Virus record (IMG/VR): IMGVR_UViG_3300012178_000001
Span: 1-64,000 of that record
DNA: 64,000 nucleotides
From: a virus
Direction: 5' to 3' (one strand)
Shown here: one piece after another, positions 21,308-30,848 of the stretch
How positions within the stretch are numbered: the stretch's first letter is position 1
How the letters are laid out: every line of letters starts with the position of its first letter
Position numbers and translations under genes: made by a program
The notes under the pieces: generated by a model
Databases searched by the model: none
Seen by the model: the letters and a program-made list of their open reading frames with translations, nothing else
Told to the model about the DNA's origin: nothing

Positions 21308-22483
21308 CTAACCCTCTCCTTCCATAATTTCATCTAACTGTAAAGGAAAGTGCGTAAAGTATTTGTCATTTATTTCACGTAATCCCTTATAATCACCTTT
21401 ATCAACGAATGCACTATTAAATAATTCTTCGTCAGCCTCATCAAAATACTGTATATAATTATCTACATCAATTAATAAATAGTTATTACGTACAACTTCT
21501 AGGTCTTCATCACTCAATTTATCCAGTTTACGTATACCCTCTATAAAATTATCAATATCGTACGGTATATTTGAAAGAAAATCTTTCTTAATAGCTTTCT
21601 CTATAAGACGTGAACTTTTTATAATACCATAACCTCTGATACCAGATAGTGAGTATTTTTTGTAACCTGATATAGCTAAAATGAAAGGTAAAAAATCTGG
21701 AAGTAAATTAATACTATCGATAGACTTAGCCTTTGAGAATCTCTTAATAGCGTTAGTCGAATCATACAGTTTACTTTTATCAGACCTAGCAGTCATCACC
21801 ATACAATCATTTGGATTGTGTATTACATTTAATAAAGATAGTTTATCATTACTATAAATTAATGAGTATTCGTCCTTGCTCTGGAATTGCATCATATAGT
21901 GAGGTACAACATTATAATCGATATGTTTAGTATTAATTAGGTATGCATGTGGAATATTATCAATTATAGGTTTCATAAGTGTAATATTAGTTTGAAGTAA
22001 CTTATTTATAGTTTTAAATTTCACAGTATCATCAACACGTTTACTATAAAATTTCTTTTTATATTCATCATTAATATTCATATGAAATTCACTTCTCTCA
22101 TCAGAGTAATAGAATATAAAGTTAGTATATAGACCTTTTCTGGATATAAAATAATGCCTATAATGTGCAACAAGATTTACAAGTTCACTAGTTATCATAA
22201 ATTTTTCATGTTCATTTAGTGTAGGCAATGATTCTTCTATAACTTGTGGTGAATATAGAGTATTTATAACACTATAAATATCAATAAACATATTAACTGT
22301 ATCTATGTTTTTAGGTAATTCATACTCTAATAATTCATCTAATACTTTATACTTTATCTTCTTAGAATTTAGTATTTTCTCTACTGCTGAACCACCGTTG
22401 TTTATATGCTCTCGTGCTTTCTCAAATTTTCTTTTTCTCTTACTTTTAACAAGTCCTTTAGATGTAACTTCTCTAATTGACAC
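21308..22483 (-). CDS. 5'-3' exonuclease / T4 RNase H (FEN)-like protein, active site degenerate
   Basis: MFIDIYS, EYKKK, YSNDK and helix-3-turn-helix GIRGYG motifs; several canonical Asp residues absent. Confidence 0.6.
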   Translation of the reverse strand: MSIREVTSKGLVKSKRKRKFEKAREHINNGGSAVEKILNSKKIKYKVLDELLEYELPKNIDTVNMFIDIYSVINTLYSPQVIEESLPTLNEHEKFMITSELVNLVAHYRHYFISRKGLYTNFIFYYSDERSEFHMNINDEYKKKFYSKRVDDTVKFKTINKLLQTNITLMKPIIDNIPHAYLINTKHIDYNVVPHYMMQFQSKDEYSLIYSNDKLSLLNVIHNPNDCMVMTARSDKSKLYDSTNAIKRFSKAKSIDSINLLPDFLPFILAISGYKKYSLSGIRGYGIIKSSRLIEKAIKKDFLSNIPYDIDNFIEGIRKLDKLSDEDLEVVRNNYLLIDVDNYIQYFDEADEELFNSAFVDKGDYKGLREINDKYFTHFPLQLDEIMEGEG

Positions 22484-23018
22484 TATTTAACACCTCGCTA
22501 ATCCTCTCAACATCTTCATCTAACAGCCCATCCTTAACTCTGTAAAATTCATGTTCATTAAATCTTTCTTTGAAATCACGTTCTTCATCATCAATAATAA
22601 TAAATTTATGGATATTATTATCTTCTATATATTTTTCTATTGATTCTCCTAATTTTAATTTTATATTATACTCTAGGTTTCCTATTACATTAAGAGGATA
22701 TTTAAACCCAGCTAATGCTAGCAATATCATATTATTAGTCAATCCAATTTTCATCCCCCATGATGATGATATGACTATCTTACAATTCGTCCTCTTAACA
22801 ATTTCATTTAATTTGGATATACATAAATTATCAAATGCAGTCATACAGCTCAATTTGTCATTAAAATCAAAGAAATAATCATGTATAAATTCATTTCGTT
22901 CATATTCAGTATCTAGGTGTTCTAGGTAATCTTTTTCATTCCTATTACTAAGTCCATTAACTACACCATCATAATCTAAAAATAATATCTTATCATCAGG
23001 TTTTATTTTATAGCTCAT
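22473..23018 (-). CDS. HAD-superfamily phosphatase (HAD_SAK_2-like)
   Basis: LFLDYDGVVN, KIVISSSW and IIIDD motifs; likely start MSYK at 23018. Confidence 0.8.
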   Translation of the reverse strand: MSYKIKPDDKILFLDYDGVVNGLSNRNEKDYLEHLDTEYERNEFIHDYFFDFNDKLSCMTAFDNLCISKLNEIVKRTNCKIVISSSWGMKIGLTNNMILLALAGFKYPLNVIGNLEYNIKLKLGESIEKYIEDNNIHKFIIIDDEERDFKERFNEHEFYRVKDGLLDEDVERISEVLNSVN

Positions 23019-23198
23019 CTTCATCATCCTCTTTATCAGGATTTCCAATAGTTATTTTATTCTTTTCTCCACTTGATGCTAACATAACAAAGAATAAACC
23101 TATTAATGCGTTGATATCCTTTGTGATATATAAAGCGAACATAATACATACTATCCCACTCACCCATATAATTGTATTTTAATTTCTTTATTATCCAT
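23008..23198 (-). pseudogene. Small two-TM membrane protein gene with a frameshift
   Basis: GGAGGGG RBS and ATG give MDNKEIK; the -1 frame continues NTIIWVSGIVCIMFALYIT...LIGLFFVMLASS...EDEL-stop; break lies in an A4 run. Confidence 0.45.
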
Positions 23199-23220
23199 TT
23201 TGATCCCCTCCCTTGTATTC

Positions 23221-23460
23221 TTACTCGTATATTACTAATAATATAATAAATTTTAATTATATATAAAAAATAATAATATTAATATATAAAAATTATATAA
23301 AATAATAATTTACAATAACTTAATTTTTTGTTGATTTTTTATGATAAAAATATATATTTATAATTTATTATTATTTAATTATTATAATGATTTTTTAACA
23401 TTAATTTATAATTCTATATATAACATATTAATAATATATACTTAGATTACACAATATAAG
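23221..23460. promoter_or_regulatory. Extremely AT-rich divergent intergenic region with overlapping early (-) and late (+) promoters
   Basis: Almost no G/C; AACATATTAATA 23422-23433 (+) overlaps TATATTAT-N5-TG on the - strand (23424-23438). Confidence 0.5.
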
Positions 23461-23473
23461 GAGATGAGACAAG

Positions 23474-24133
23474 ATGGACAAAACTATCAATGAGATTCAA
23501 TTGGAGTTAAAAGAATTCGAAGATTTATTATTTAATCTTCATTATGATGCAGATGAGTACTATAAATTTATTGAAGAAAATACTGACTTTGAGTCTGGGT
23601 ATGATATTGTAAAAATAAAGCCAGGAGATAATTTAATAGGTATAATATCAATAGAGCGTGATTTATTTACTAAATTAATGTTAAATCATATTGATGAGAA
23701 TGTAGATATAATAATAGAAACACTTAATCATAAAGATTCAAGCAGGGGAATAAGTATTGATACATTAAATAATATGACTAACCTATATAATTATATCTGG
23801 TATAAGAGTGATATTGATTCATGTAGTGAAGATATGAGGGATGAGATTGAAAAAATGTTAATTAACAGTCTCATGTATATAAACAGCCATAAAAAAATCA
23901 TAAGCTTATCTAAGATAGCTAATTTCAGTAGTAAATATAAGGAGCAATTCAATAAATGTGATAATGATAAGACTATGCAAAAGCTCAAACATATCTCTGA
24001 TGAATTATTAAATCAGTACCATTTTGACTCTGAATTAGTAATACTAGTTCTGTTAATTACAAAGAATGTTTTACTTGATGCTGGTGATATTGATATATTA
24101 ACTGAGATAGATTTAATAGATGAAATAATATAG
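23474..24133 (+). CDS. Hypothetical protein
   Basis: AAGGAG RBS; 219 aa; terminator at 24133-24169. Confidence 0.7.
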   Translation: MDKTINEIQLELKEFEDLLFNLHYDADEYYKFIEENTDFESGYDIVKIKPGDNLIGIISIERDLFTKLMLNHIDENVDIIIETLNHKDSSRGISIDTLNNMTNLYNYIWYKSDIDSCSEDMRDEIEKMLINSLMYINSHKKIISLSKIANFSSKYKEQFNKCDNDKTMQKLKHISDELLNQYHFDSELVILVLLITKNVLLDAGDIDILTEIDLIDEII

Positions 24134-24167
24134 GTTATATCATATAAATGATATAACCCCTTTTTTT

Positions 24168-24698
24168 TTATATATTTTTTATTTTACTGTTTTTTACATA
24201 TACTAAATTCTTATTTTTAATGAAGTCGTATACTGTAATATCCATATATTCTTTATTGAACAATGGTCTTCCTAATACCTCAAATAACCATGCAAAGAAT
24301 TTAGGAGTCATGTACATATCATTAACCATGTAGTCATATTCACCCTTAAATACATCATCTGTATCCAGAATGCTTAAGTTGTCTTTAAGTCTTTTAATAG
24401 CATTCATGAACTTATCATAAAATTCCTTATCTACATTCATCTTATAGAATGATGCAGAAACTTCATCAGATAACTGTGAGAAATCATCATACTTTTGAAC
24501 TGTTATTAAGTCCATAGATGGAGTATTGTCATATATAATAATTTCCTTAGTATTATTTATATCTTCCATTACTCCCATTCTATTAAATAAATCATCATCT
24601 AAATCAGAATATGTGAAAAAGAAATATATTTCATCTGAATTCTCTGTATCATCATTAGTATAGTCTTTACCAGTTGCTTCTAGTAATAATCCATTCAT
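24168..24698 (-). CDS. Hypothetical protein, possibly virion
   Basis: AAAGGAG RBS; late promoter 24730-24741 (-); N-terminal LLE/A. Confidence 0.65.
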   Translation of the reverse strand: MNGLLLEATGKDYTNDDTENSDEIYFFFTYSDLDDDLFNRMGVMEDINNTKEIIIYDNTPSMDLITVQKYDDFSQLSDEVSASFYKMNVDKEFYDKFMNAIKRLKDNLSILDTDDVFKGEYDYMVNDMYMTPKFFAWLFEVLGRPLFNKEYMDITVYDFIKNKNLVYVKNSKIKNI

Positions 24699-24820
24699 AA
24701 TCTATTGCTCTCCTTTCTAAATATTTTATTAATAACATGTTAATATATTATTAAATTGAATGAGGATGTAAGAGTGAATAACAGACAAAGGATATTATTA
24801 GTATTTAATCATTGAAATAT

Positions 24821-24855
24821 AATAACAGTAAACCCTAGTATGGTTTACTGTTATT
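24821..24855. terminator. Hairpin terminator
   Basis: AATAACAGTAAACC-ctagtat-GGTTTACTGTTATT. Confidence 0.7.
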
Positions 24856-24968
24856 AAAATTATTTACTTTTACTATTTATAAGATAATCTAAAAATACTT
24901 GATAGTCCTTACCTAGTAATATAATAGCTTTTAAGATGACTCATAAAAGAGGAAAATATAATCAAATA

Positions 24969-26852
24969 TTAAGTCACTATTTTTTTATATCTTATCTTAC
25001 CTGAGTCCCATACTCTATTATACTTTAGTAGTTTCATCATATTACGTTCACTAAGGTTTTTATCATAAATATTAGGAAACTTCTTTTTTATATTATTCTT
25101 TTTAAATAGAGATTTATGAAAAAGTTCATTATTTTTAGTATAATAATAACTGGGTTTAACATATCCATCTTTAATCCAGCCATTTTTCACATATACATCT
25201 CCATATGAGTACCTTAAATCAGCATATGTAATTAATGTATTATTAAAGTCAGATAAGTCATAATTACGTGTTAAATGTTTTAATACCTTTGAGAAACCTC
25301 CTATTACTGAAGTTCCTAATTTAGTGGCATATCTAGATAATTCTAACATATCATTTTTACCTCGTCTAACCACACCTGTGGAAAATGTCATTATGCCAAC
25401 AATATCATTATCATACTTGATAGCTAGATTAAGTATACTTCTATCGTTCCCTTGAATATGATTCTCATTCAAAAAGTCTCTTTTAATATTCGGTTCTACT
25501 TCAATTATTTCACATTTTCTCCCATATATTCTCTTAACATTGTAATTTTTATTAATTAAATATAATAATTTATCTTTAATAATATCTGAATTTTCTACCC
25601 ACTCATTTTCAAATATATGAATTAATTGTATATTTTTATCTCTGCATTTCATAGTTTTATTTTTGTGATAGTGTCTATCACACTTACCTCTAGAACCCTC
25701 TTCACTATGCCAATATAGACCATTATACTCTATAGCTAAGTTTTCATCTGGTAGATAGATATCTAATTCTTTACCTTCTAAAACTATATTATCTGAAAGT
25801 AGTATTCTACCACTATAGTTATCCTCTAAAAATTTTATAACTTCTTTTTCTTGTCTACTAGTTCTATTCATTGCACAATCTGGACATCTATTACCATTTT
25901 CTTTCACAAAGTCAGTAGGTCTAATTTTCCACTCATTACCACATTCATTATGTCTAAAAGTAATAGCTGTACTCATATTTTGGTATTCCCCTACGATTGT
26001 ATACTCATCTCCTGAAATTTCTTGTACCATTTCAGTTAATTTATCAATATCATAAATATAAGGATTACAATTTGGACAATTAAATTTATCCGTCCTATGT
26101 ACATATCTAGCTAGAAGTGTAAACTCTGTATTGCACTTTTTATGAGTAATACGAACTCTATCATTTAAATCTTCTATATTATCTAATAGTATGAAATCTT
26201 TTCCATATAGCTCATTAAAATCTTCTTTAAACTTTTTACTATCAATTTTCTTCTTACATTGTGATTCACAGTTCCCAGTGTATTCATTATACAGTAATGA
26301 CGAGGGTAATACTTTATAAATATGACCACATTTATGTTTTACTTTTATTTTATTATCCATACTTACATATTCACTTAATACATCATAATCACCATTAGTA
26401 TGTTCATCAAGTTCTTTTTTAAATTCATTATGTGTTTTTTTCATTTTGTCAGAGAGATTTTTTAGCAAGCATTCAGGACAACTACTCTTACCTCCTAAAA
26501 TATCATATGGTCTAGGTGACCATACATTTCCACATTTATTATGTTTTATGAGAATATTAGTACTTGAATTAATATATTCGCCAATTACTTTATATACATT
26601 AGTTCCATACATATTATCTAATTCACTCTGTAATTGTTTACTACTTTTTTTTAAAGTTCCTGCACACTTAGGGCAACCTGTGGGATTCTTTTTCCTTATA
26701 AAATTACTAGGGCGAACATCCCATACATAGTCACATCTGTTATGTTTTACTTTTATTTTTGTTTTAGTATCAACATAGTTGCCAATTATAGAATAATCAT
26801 TTCCATGAATTCGCTTTACATTATCATAAAATCGTTTTTCCCATTTATTCAT
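24969..26852 (-). CDS. Hef-like homing endonuclease: five Zn-ribbon repeats, a Vsr/PD-(D/E)XK-like nuclease and a GNAT-like C-terminal domain
   Basis: Repeats Y..IGEY....I.IKH..CG..W...P.......CP.C; ELDIYLPDENLAIEYNGLYWH; FLNENHIQG...ELSRY...GGFSK...TYADLRYS...WDSG. Confidence 0.75.
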   Translation of the reverse strand: MNKWEKRFYDNVKRIHGNDYSIIGNYVDTKTKIKVKHNRCDYVWDVRPSNFIRKKNPTGCPKCAGTLKKSSKQLQSELDNMYGTNVYKVIGEYINSSTNILIKHNKCGNVWSPRPYDILGGKSSCPECLLKNLSDKMKKTHNEFKKELDEHTNGDYDVLSEYVSMDNKIKVKHKCGHIYKVLPSSLLYNEYTGNCESQCKKKIDSKKFKEDFNELYGKDFILLDNIEDLNDRVRITHKKCNTEFTLLARYVHRTDKFNCPNCNPYIYDIDKLTEMVQEISGDEYTIVGEYQNMSTAITFRHNECGNEWKIRPTDFVKENGNRCPDCAMNRTSRQEKEVIKFLEDNYSGRILLSDNIVLEGKELDIYLPDENLAIEYNGLYWHSEEGSRGKCDRHYHKNKTMKCRDKNIQLIHIFENEWVENSDIIKDKLLYLINKNYNVKRIYGRKCEIIEVEPNIKRDFLNENHIQGNDRSILNLAIKYDNDIVGIMTFSTGVVRRGKNDMLELSRYATKLGTSVIGGFSKVLKHLTRNYDLSDFNNTLITYADLRYSYGDVYVKNGWIKDGYVKPSYYYTKNNELFHKSLFKKNNIKKKFPNIYDKNLSERNMMKLLKYNRVWDSGKIRYKKIVT

Positions 26853-26927
26853 CTTTTATCACCTCTAAATTTTATATACCTGATAACTACTTAATTTATT
26901 GTTATCAGGTATTTTATTATTTAAATA

Positions 26928-27680
26928 TTAGATTTTACTATCAGTGAGGTAATCTAAGAATACTTTGTAATTCTTATCAACTATCTTAATATAATTAAAC
27001 TTAGATTTTTTTAGTATTCTATCCTTAATCTTTTCCTTTTTCAACTCTTCCTTACGCCAGCTATGAGTATTATCCTTAGCTGAACCTTTAATTTCGATAA
27101 TTAAATTCAATGATTGAATATACACATCTGGTATATAAAATTTAGTTTCCCTATCATACTTATAATCAAATACTTGAGGTGCGGGCATCATAACATCTTT
27201 AGGGTTTCTCATATTCATAAAATGGTCTAAGAATTCTAAAAATTCTCTTTCATAACTTCCAGTATATTTAGTCTTATGACCATTTGACCATTTATATTCA
27301 CCTGAAATCTTTCTATTGGCTAACATCTTCTTTTGTTGCTCAGGGTCATTCAGTAGATGTGTCTTACCATATTTCTTCTTCATTCTCTTTTTAAACTGTT
27401 CCCTATATTCTTGTTTGCATTTCTCAGAACATAGTCTCTCATACTTTTCTGTATCCTCATTCCAATCGGTAGGCTTTCTACACACTATACACTTACCATG
27501 ATTCTTGTTATACTTAGAGTTGAAATAAGCTTGTGCTGGAGACATATCACCCAGTAAATGTGAGTGTTCTTCTTCTATATGTGAATAAAGAGATTCTTTT
27601 GCATCTCTTTTATTATCCTTATTCCTTGTGAAATAACGTTTATCACAATAAGGACAATCAAAGTAGTATTTTCTTGCCAT
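26928..27680 (-). CDS. Zn-finger TnsA/T4 gp4-like PD-(D/E)XK endonuclease
   Basis: CPYC...HIEEEH, CIVC...LCSEKC, YTGSYEREF, FYIPDVY...IIEIKG. Confidence 0.7.
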   Translation of the reverse strand: MARKYYFDCPYCDKRYFTRNKDNKRDAKESLYSHIEEEHSHLLGDMSPAQAYFNSKYNKNHGKCIVCRKPTDWNEDTEKYERLCSEKCKQEYREQFKKRMKKKYGKTHLLNDPEQQKKMLANRKISGEYKWSNGHKTKYTGSYEREFLEFLDHFMNMRNPKDVMMPAPQVFDYKYDRETKFYIPDVYIQSLNLIIEIKGSAKDNTHSWRKEELKKEKIKDRILKKSKFNYIKIVDKNYKVFLDYLTDSKI

Positions 27681-27697
27681 AATATAACTTCCCTTCT

Positions 27698-28450
27698 TTA
27701 TCTTCCACTATTTGCATACTTTAATCCTGCTATAATAGCTAATGCATTAAATACCATATGCACTATAGTTGATATTACTAAACCAGTTTTACCATTTTTA
27801 GTGTCATCATTAACATAGTGGTCAGTAATCATAGATGTAACATAATGCATTATTACTGCAGGTATACGAGATACTATTGCAGTAGGTAAATTTATACCTA
27901 GTGATGTTAGTTGTACAATATATAATGTAAATTCAGTAGCATTAAATACAAATGCATTTTCAGCACCTAAATCATCATTAATAGCTAAGAATTTCTCAAA
28001 TTCCTCAGTTATAGGACCAATTATAGCACCTAATATAATCATAGCAACCACTTCTGAAAAGAAAACTGCCAGTAGTTCATATATAAATACTTGCACTACA
28101 ATAGTTATTACTGTTAAGTATATAACATTGTTTGCTCCTTCTACATCAAACTTATCAAATGCTGTATATTTCTTAATTAAATCCTTTACAACATCACTTG
28201 TTTTTTTACCATTTTTAACATCATTTTTTATACTTCTAATGTTATTTTTAACATCATTTTTAATATCCTTAGGATCAATACCATATTTTCTTAGAATTTT
28301 CTTATTTTCTTCGAATTCACGTTCTGCTTCTTTAACATCCTTTTGCATACTCTTATCTTTTTTAAATCTATCCATTATTCCTTCAGTTAATACAATAATA
28401 TCATAATTATCTTCAAGGAATAAACATTCTTCATAAAATGCTTTATTCAT
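27698..28450 (-). CDS. PrsW-family intramembrane glutamic/metalloprotease
   Basis: Four to five TM segments with EExxK (GPITEEFEK), FxxxE (FNATE), H (PAVIMH) and HxxxN (HMVFN); late promoter 28482-28493 (-). Confidence 0.75.
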   Translation of the reverse strand: MNKAFYEECLFLEDNYDIIVLTEGIMDRFKKDKSMQKDVKEAEREFEENKKILRKYGIDPKDIKNDVKNNIRSIKNDVKNGKKTSDVVKDLIKKYTAFDKFDVEGANNVIYLTVITIVVQVFIYELLAVFFSEVVAMIILGAIIGPITEEFEKFLAINDDLGAENAFVFNATEFTLYIVQLTSLGINLPTAIVSRIPAVIMHYVTSMITDHYVNDDTKNGKTGLVISTIVHMVFNALAIIAGLKYANSGR

Positions 28451-28527
28451 AAATACCCCTTTCAATTCTATATAAATTCATTAATTATTTGTTTAATTTA
28501 ACAATTATATTAATATAATAAAGAAAG

Positions 28528-28959
28528 GTGGTTAAAATGACAGAAACAGCTATGAAGAAAGAGTTCACTCTAAGTGTCAATGACTTTAGAGAAGTTACTA
28601 ACAAGGATGGAATTTATGGTCTGGCTAAGAATATAGAGACTATAATATTGATGGATAAAGGCTCTTATCCTAACATAAGAGATATGGGAGTTGGAATAGA
28701 AGATTATCAATTTGAATTCCTAACAATAAACACTTTAGATACTATAAAGCACTCTATTAAAAGGCAAATTAATAAATATATACCTACTAATAAAGTGAAG
28801 GATGTAGTAGTAGAACAGTTGGAGAATGAGAGTAATAATAAGAAGTCAGTGGCTGTACTAGTAACACTTAATAAGAATGTAGATAATGTCGGAGAAATAG
28901 TTGTATTGATGAATAAAGATATTTCTAGTAATTCATTAGAAAGTACTATATTCATTTAA
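28528..28959 (+). CDS. Baseplate wedge subunit (GPW/gp25-like)
   Basis: IETIILMDKGSYPNIRDMGVGIEDYQFE...IKRQINKYIP. Confidence 0.75.
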   Translation: MVKMTETAMKKEFTLSVNDFREVTNKDGIYGLAKNIETIILMDKGSYPNIRDMGVGIEDYQFEFLTINTLDTIKHSIKRQINKYIPTNKVKDVVVEQLENESNNKKSVAVLVTLNKNVDNVGEIVVLMNKDISSNSLESTIFI

Positions 28960-29034
28960 ATAAAAAAATTAAACTAATTATTATAGTTAGAAAGTTATGT
29001 TAAAACTTATAATAATATATTTAGGAGGGTAATT

Positions 29035-30582
29035 ATGAAAGAAGATAAAATTATGGAAAAAATACCTTTAGAGAAACGTACAGAAATGGGTATTAAAGAG
29101 CCAGGCACTATTACTTACTATGAGGAAGGATCACAACCTCAACCAGAACAACCAGAACAACCAGTCCAGAACAGTCAACCTGCTGAAAATTCAGGTCAAA
29201 GACGTGTTGTTAATGATAATGATGTTGAAGAAGTTCAATATGAGGAAAAGTCACAACCTATTGAGCGACCACAAAATGTTAATAAAGTTCAACAAAAAGT
29301 TCAGTCTAATATTCAGACGGAAGGTGAAATCAGAGGTAAAACTACAAATTCACAGTATGTAGATGAAGAAGCATTCTCAGGAAATCAACAAGAACAACAA
29401 GTTCAAAGTGAACAAAAGAGAGTAGTTGTAGCACAAGCTGAGGAGGAAGTTTCTTCTGATGTAGATACATCTACACTTGATAAAATTTCTTCTGGTGAAT
29501 TGTCATTACCAAGTGAAGCTAGAAATTCAGTAGCAGTAGGTAAGGATCAGACTATTGATGGTAATGGAAACATAAAGAAAAGAGTAGCTCAGGATGGCGG
29601 ACCAAGTCAAGTCACTGGGAACAGTTTCTTAGACTCAATTAATATTGATGTAAATGAAATCGAGATAGTTGAGAAATCTACACTTGAGAGAAGAAATGAT
29701 ATGAATGAAATCTTTAGTACAAAATCGACATTCTCAGTAACATGTTGTCAATCAGCATTTAGAGCAGATATGTCAGCATTGTCAATGTCAGATATCAACA
29801 GATTGAATGGTTCTAATAATGATTCTTATAACTATTCAAATAATCTATTTAATACGGTATATAAGCATATTGAGAAAATGTCTATTGTTAAACCATCATA
29901 TTCAGAGTGGTTAAAGATTACATCAATCAATGACTTTGATACGTTATTATTTGGATTATATTCACAAACATTCCCAGATACAAATAATTTTGAAATTACT
30001 TGTGGGCATTGTGGCAATAATACTGATGTTGAGATTGATAATAATTCATTAATTAAAGTTATGGATGACGAAGTATACGATAAAATTGATGAGGTAGTTA
30101 ATTCTGTTAAAGATAAGGTGGATTTAGTTAATAAATCACTTGTTAATACTACTAAGAGAATCATATTACCAGAAAGCAAGATTATGGTAGATATCAGGAT
30201 TCCTTCATTACACAATCAATTAACAATTCTTAAGTCAGTTACTGATAAATTACTTCAGAACTATTCTGAGAGTATAATGATTATGGTATTCATAAAGGAT
30301 ATTTATATGCTTGATATTGAAGGAACTAGACGTTCTGGTTCTGCAAAGTATTACAAATTAGGTAATCAACCTAAAGATGTACTAGACTTATTAATTAAGT
30401 TATCTGTTAATGATGGTAAATATCTTGAAAAGGTTATTTCAAAACGTTCAGAAAAGCATTCAATTGCATATGAGATTAATGGTGCGGTTTGTGATAAATG
30501 TGAAGAGGAGTTGGACTCATTAGAAGTCGACCTTAGAAGAGTTCTTTTTACGAGAATCGAGAAGGCGGGACAAACGGACTAA
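29035..30582 (+). CDS. Baseplate/tail assembly chaperone (T4 gp26-like) with long disordered N-terminus
   Basis: Q/E/P-rich first ~200 aa; DFDTLLFGLY, CGHC and CDKC Zn pair, C-terminal VLF. Confidence 0.55.
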   Translation: MKEDKIMEKIPLEKRTEMGIKEPGTITYYEEGSQPQPEQPEQPVQNSQPAENSGQRRVVNDNDVEEVQYEEKSQPIERPQNVNKVQQKVQSNIQTEGEIRGKTTNSQYVDEEAFSGNQQEQQVQSEQKRVVVAQAEEEVSSDVDTSTLDKISSGELSLPSEARNSVAVGKDQTIDGNGNIKKRVAQDGGPSQVTGNSFLDSINIDVNEIEIVEKSTLERRNDMNEIFSTKSTFSVTCCQSAFRADMSALSMSDINRLNGSNNDSYNYSNNLFNTVYKHIEKMSIVKPSYSEWLKITSINDFDTLLFGLYSQTFPDTNNFEITCGHCGNNTDVEIDNNSLIKVMDDEVYDKIDEVVNSVKDKVDLVNKSLVNTTKRIILPESKIMVDIRIPSLHNQLTILKSVTDKLLQNYSESIMIMVFIKDIYMLDIEGTRRSGSAKYYKLGNQPKDVLDLLIKLSVNDGKYLEKVISKRSEKHSIAYEINGAVCDKCEEELDSLEVDLRRVLFTRIEKAGQTD

Positions 30583-30584
30583 GA

Positions 30585-30776
30585 ATGAAACGTAAGTCCA
30601 ATGCAGAATTTATAGTATCTGTCCTTGAACTATTTGATGGACAGATTTCTATAGATGATATACTTGAAAAAGAGATACCTCTCGTATATGATCTTCTCGA
30701 TGCAAAAGACGAATTAATTAAGGAAAAGGAAAGATTAAGGATTGAAGCTGAAAATAAAGCAATGAACAGCAAATAA
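30585..30776 (+). CDS. Small chaperone partner (T4 gp51 / lambda T-like); possibly a -1 frameshift extension of the upstream ORF
   Basis: 63 aa ISIDDILE...LLDAKDELIKEKE; frame is open back to 30537. Confidence 0.55.
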   Translation: MKRKSNAEFIVSVLELFDGQISIDDILEKEIPLVYDLLDAKDELIKEKERLRIEAENKAMNSK

Positions 30777-30848
30777 GTATTACTTCCAGATTTGTAGATT
30801 ATTAAATTAATGGGTGGTGATCTATAGATTAAAGGAAGGTTTGATATT

